Assembly (NCBI RefSeq): GCF_026210795.1
Contig: NC_089433.1
Location: forward strand, 3,720,001-3,784,000
Direction: 5' to 3'
Source: Rhizophagus irregularis
Taxonomy: Eukaryota
DNA: 64,000 bases
The stretch's first letter is position 1. Each line of letters begins with the position of its first letter. The notes beneath the pieces were generated by a model. That model was not told the origin of the DNA, did not search any database, and worked only from the letters and a program-made list of their open reading frames with translations. The position numbers were made by a program, and so were the translations under genes. Positions 61,676 to 64,000 of this stretch are shown one piece after another.

Positions 61676-62940
61676 TTTTCTATTGTAAATCAATATTGTT
61701 GGGTTTCATCAAAAAATTCAAAGCTTTTTTTTATTTAATAATACAGTTGCTAATAAAAGCAATTGATAGATAATTCTCATTTTAAAAACAATAAAAAATT
61801 TCAATTGAAAATATGATTATTCCTAAAAAAATTTTTATCTCATTTTAACTTAGTAGAAATTTAAAATGACTAAAAAAAAGGTCATGATAAAATAAGATAA
61901 TTGACTAGTCTAAAAATGGAGACAATAAATTTTTGATCTGAGTTATATTATAAATAGGTATCCGGACTTTTCGCACCGTAACCTTATAAATAAACTTTTA
62001 AAGAAAGAAAATTTCTGTTAATATTTTATTTTCAAATAAAGAAAACTTTTGCAAAAGAACTTTTTTGATAAAAAAAATGTTAACTATTATGAGCGTTTTT
62101 TGTCTGATAGAAACTAAATAGGTCTGGCACAGCAGTATTTATTATAGGGCCATACCATGAGCAGAGCAACATCATGGCAATATCCAATTTTCGTTAAAGC
62201 AGATGAAGAATATGAAATAAGCAATATATATATATTTTAAGCGCTATTGAAGTGTAATCGATCTACACACTTATGCATGAAAATACAATCACGTGCAAAA
62301 AGCCCTCCTAAGAATTAACGGTCATTGATATTTAAATTTACTCAATTTATGCTTATATAAAATTCAGTTATATAATTTGAAGGTTCTAATGCTCGAATAA
62401 TTTGAATAGTTTGGCAATTTTGCTTAACAGTAAAATTCGTGATTTTTAAATTTACTAAAGACGCTTATTATTAAGTCTAATGAATTTTTAATTAAATCAA
62501 TTATCGGTTCTTTCGGCCAATTTCAAAAAAATTTGATTCGAGATTAAAATCACTACAGTACAGACTGAAATTTTATAAATCACGAAATAATTGACGTTAA
62601 ATACTAGCAAACATATCTGATATGGAAAAAAAGAGAAAGAGGAAATAAAAAGTGTATTCCATATTATTAGCATAATCCAGAATATTATTAAAGTTATTAA
62701 TAAAGCAAAATTAATAAATGTGAAATTTTTTCCTTAATTTTTTTGATTATTACATAATAAATTTTTTAAAACAAATAATTTAAAAATATTTTTAAACCCA
62801 TTTTAAGGAATTATGTCGACCATGAATTTCCCTTTATTTTAAATATAACAGCATTAAACTTATCATAAAATCTCTTATGAATGAAATTTGTTTCACCTCT
62901 TATAAATAAAAACAAACGCGAATAATGATTATTATTACAT

Positions 62941-63500
62941 TTAATTGAAATACTTCATAATTTTCTATTGAAAAATCTTCTTCAGTATCTCTTATACTTC
63001 TTTCATAACGCAATTTTTTACAATAAGTTCTATCAAAAGCTGCAGATGGGTTATTGCTTATACAGGTATATATATTAAGATCGCTTCCATATTTTGGACC
63101 ATATACACTGCTATAATCTAACGCAGTTCTGCATCGATTACATTACTTAAAATTGCATTTTTAACATTGTTTTTCCCACTTGTCAGACATTTCTCATTCT
63201 AAAGGATTATATCCACCAAGAATTTCTTCATTTCCTTCTAAATTAATAAATGTAACTGTATTAGCTTTGCCATCACATAATTCATGAAATTTTTCAGGAG
63301 TAAATCCATCTCGACTTCCTCTTAATAATAATTTAAATTTATATGGTAAATATAATTTCTCATAATTATTATTGTTAATAACCACTTTATCAATCCATTT
63401 TGAAACCATTGTAACTATATTTAGATTAACAATTATTAAATCAACAATTCTTTCAATTTTAATATTTCTAGAGAGTGAATATTTTAATTGGATTAGGCTT
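62941..63500 (-). pseudogene. TLDc-only pseudogene fragment
   Basis: LYLPYKFKLLLRGSRDGF..GGYNPLE*, then a deletion of SFIFSF and frameshifts. The tail (DYSSVYGP..NPSAAFDRTYC) resembles copy 8. No BTB/BACK upstream within the window. Confidence 0.8.
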
Positions 63501-64000
63501 AATTAATCAGAATAGACTAGTTTTTAGAATATTTAAGAATGATTAAGAATAATTTCAAAGTAAAAAGTAATTATAACTAGTCATTGATTATTAATAAAAT
63601 TCTAAATAAAAAAGATTAAAATTTCTTAACTAATTAACTTTTTATATGCGAATTTTATTGTCCAATAAAAATTACTATGTAATTTCAGGGATTTCGTATA
63701 TACTGCATATCAATATATTAGATCACGTTATTTGTATTTTCTCGAATCAAATCAAAAATTATAAAATCATTTGATCTTGATATGAGAAAGATTCTAATTT
63801 TTTATTACAATATTTTAATTATGCTAATTTTTCATTATTAAAAACATGATTTTATTGAGAAATGTAAATACACAAAACACACACACATATTTTCTTTACA
63901 CGTAGGGACAAATTAATTGTATAATGAAATAAATCAATTTTAAATTAATCATTTATTTTCCGAAATTATTTTATTCAATGAGTAGAAAAAAGATAATTAG

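Overview
Very AT-rich eukaryotic DNA with short (about 65-140 nt) GT-AG introns. Gene and TE content suggest an arbuscular mycorrhizal fungus such as Rhizophagus (inference). The window is dominated by a tandem array of two-exon BTB/POZ-BACK-TLDc genes: 10 intact copies (6 on +, 4 on -) and at least 5 pseudogenes or fragments. The two arms converge on an 8-exon gene for a ~1316-aa protein with a signal peptide, a Pro-rich stalk and several TM helices. BTB and BACK are nearly invariant among copies, but the last ~60 residues of TLDc are hypervariable and the copies are mosaics of one another. This looks like a diversifying recognition repertoire. At the left end is an intron-containing gene with a Pol-beta-type nucleotidyltransferase motif that resembles phage proteins. 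Mobile elements: a full-length 8.8-kb LINE (ORF1 with CCHC; ORF2 APE-RT-RNaseH; 16-bp TSD) nested in a hAT-type MITE (8-bp TSD); a decayed DD34E Tc1 inserted into the TSD of a Mutator-like MITE; several other MITEs and foldbacks; and a Gypsy RT fragment captured inside decayed tandem LRR-like repeats. All calls come from reading the sequence by eye; no database searches were run.
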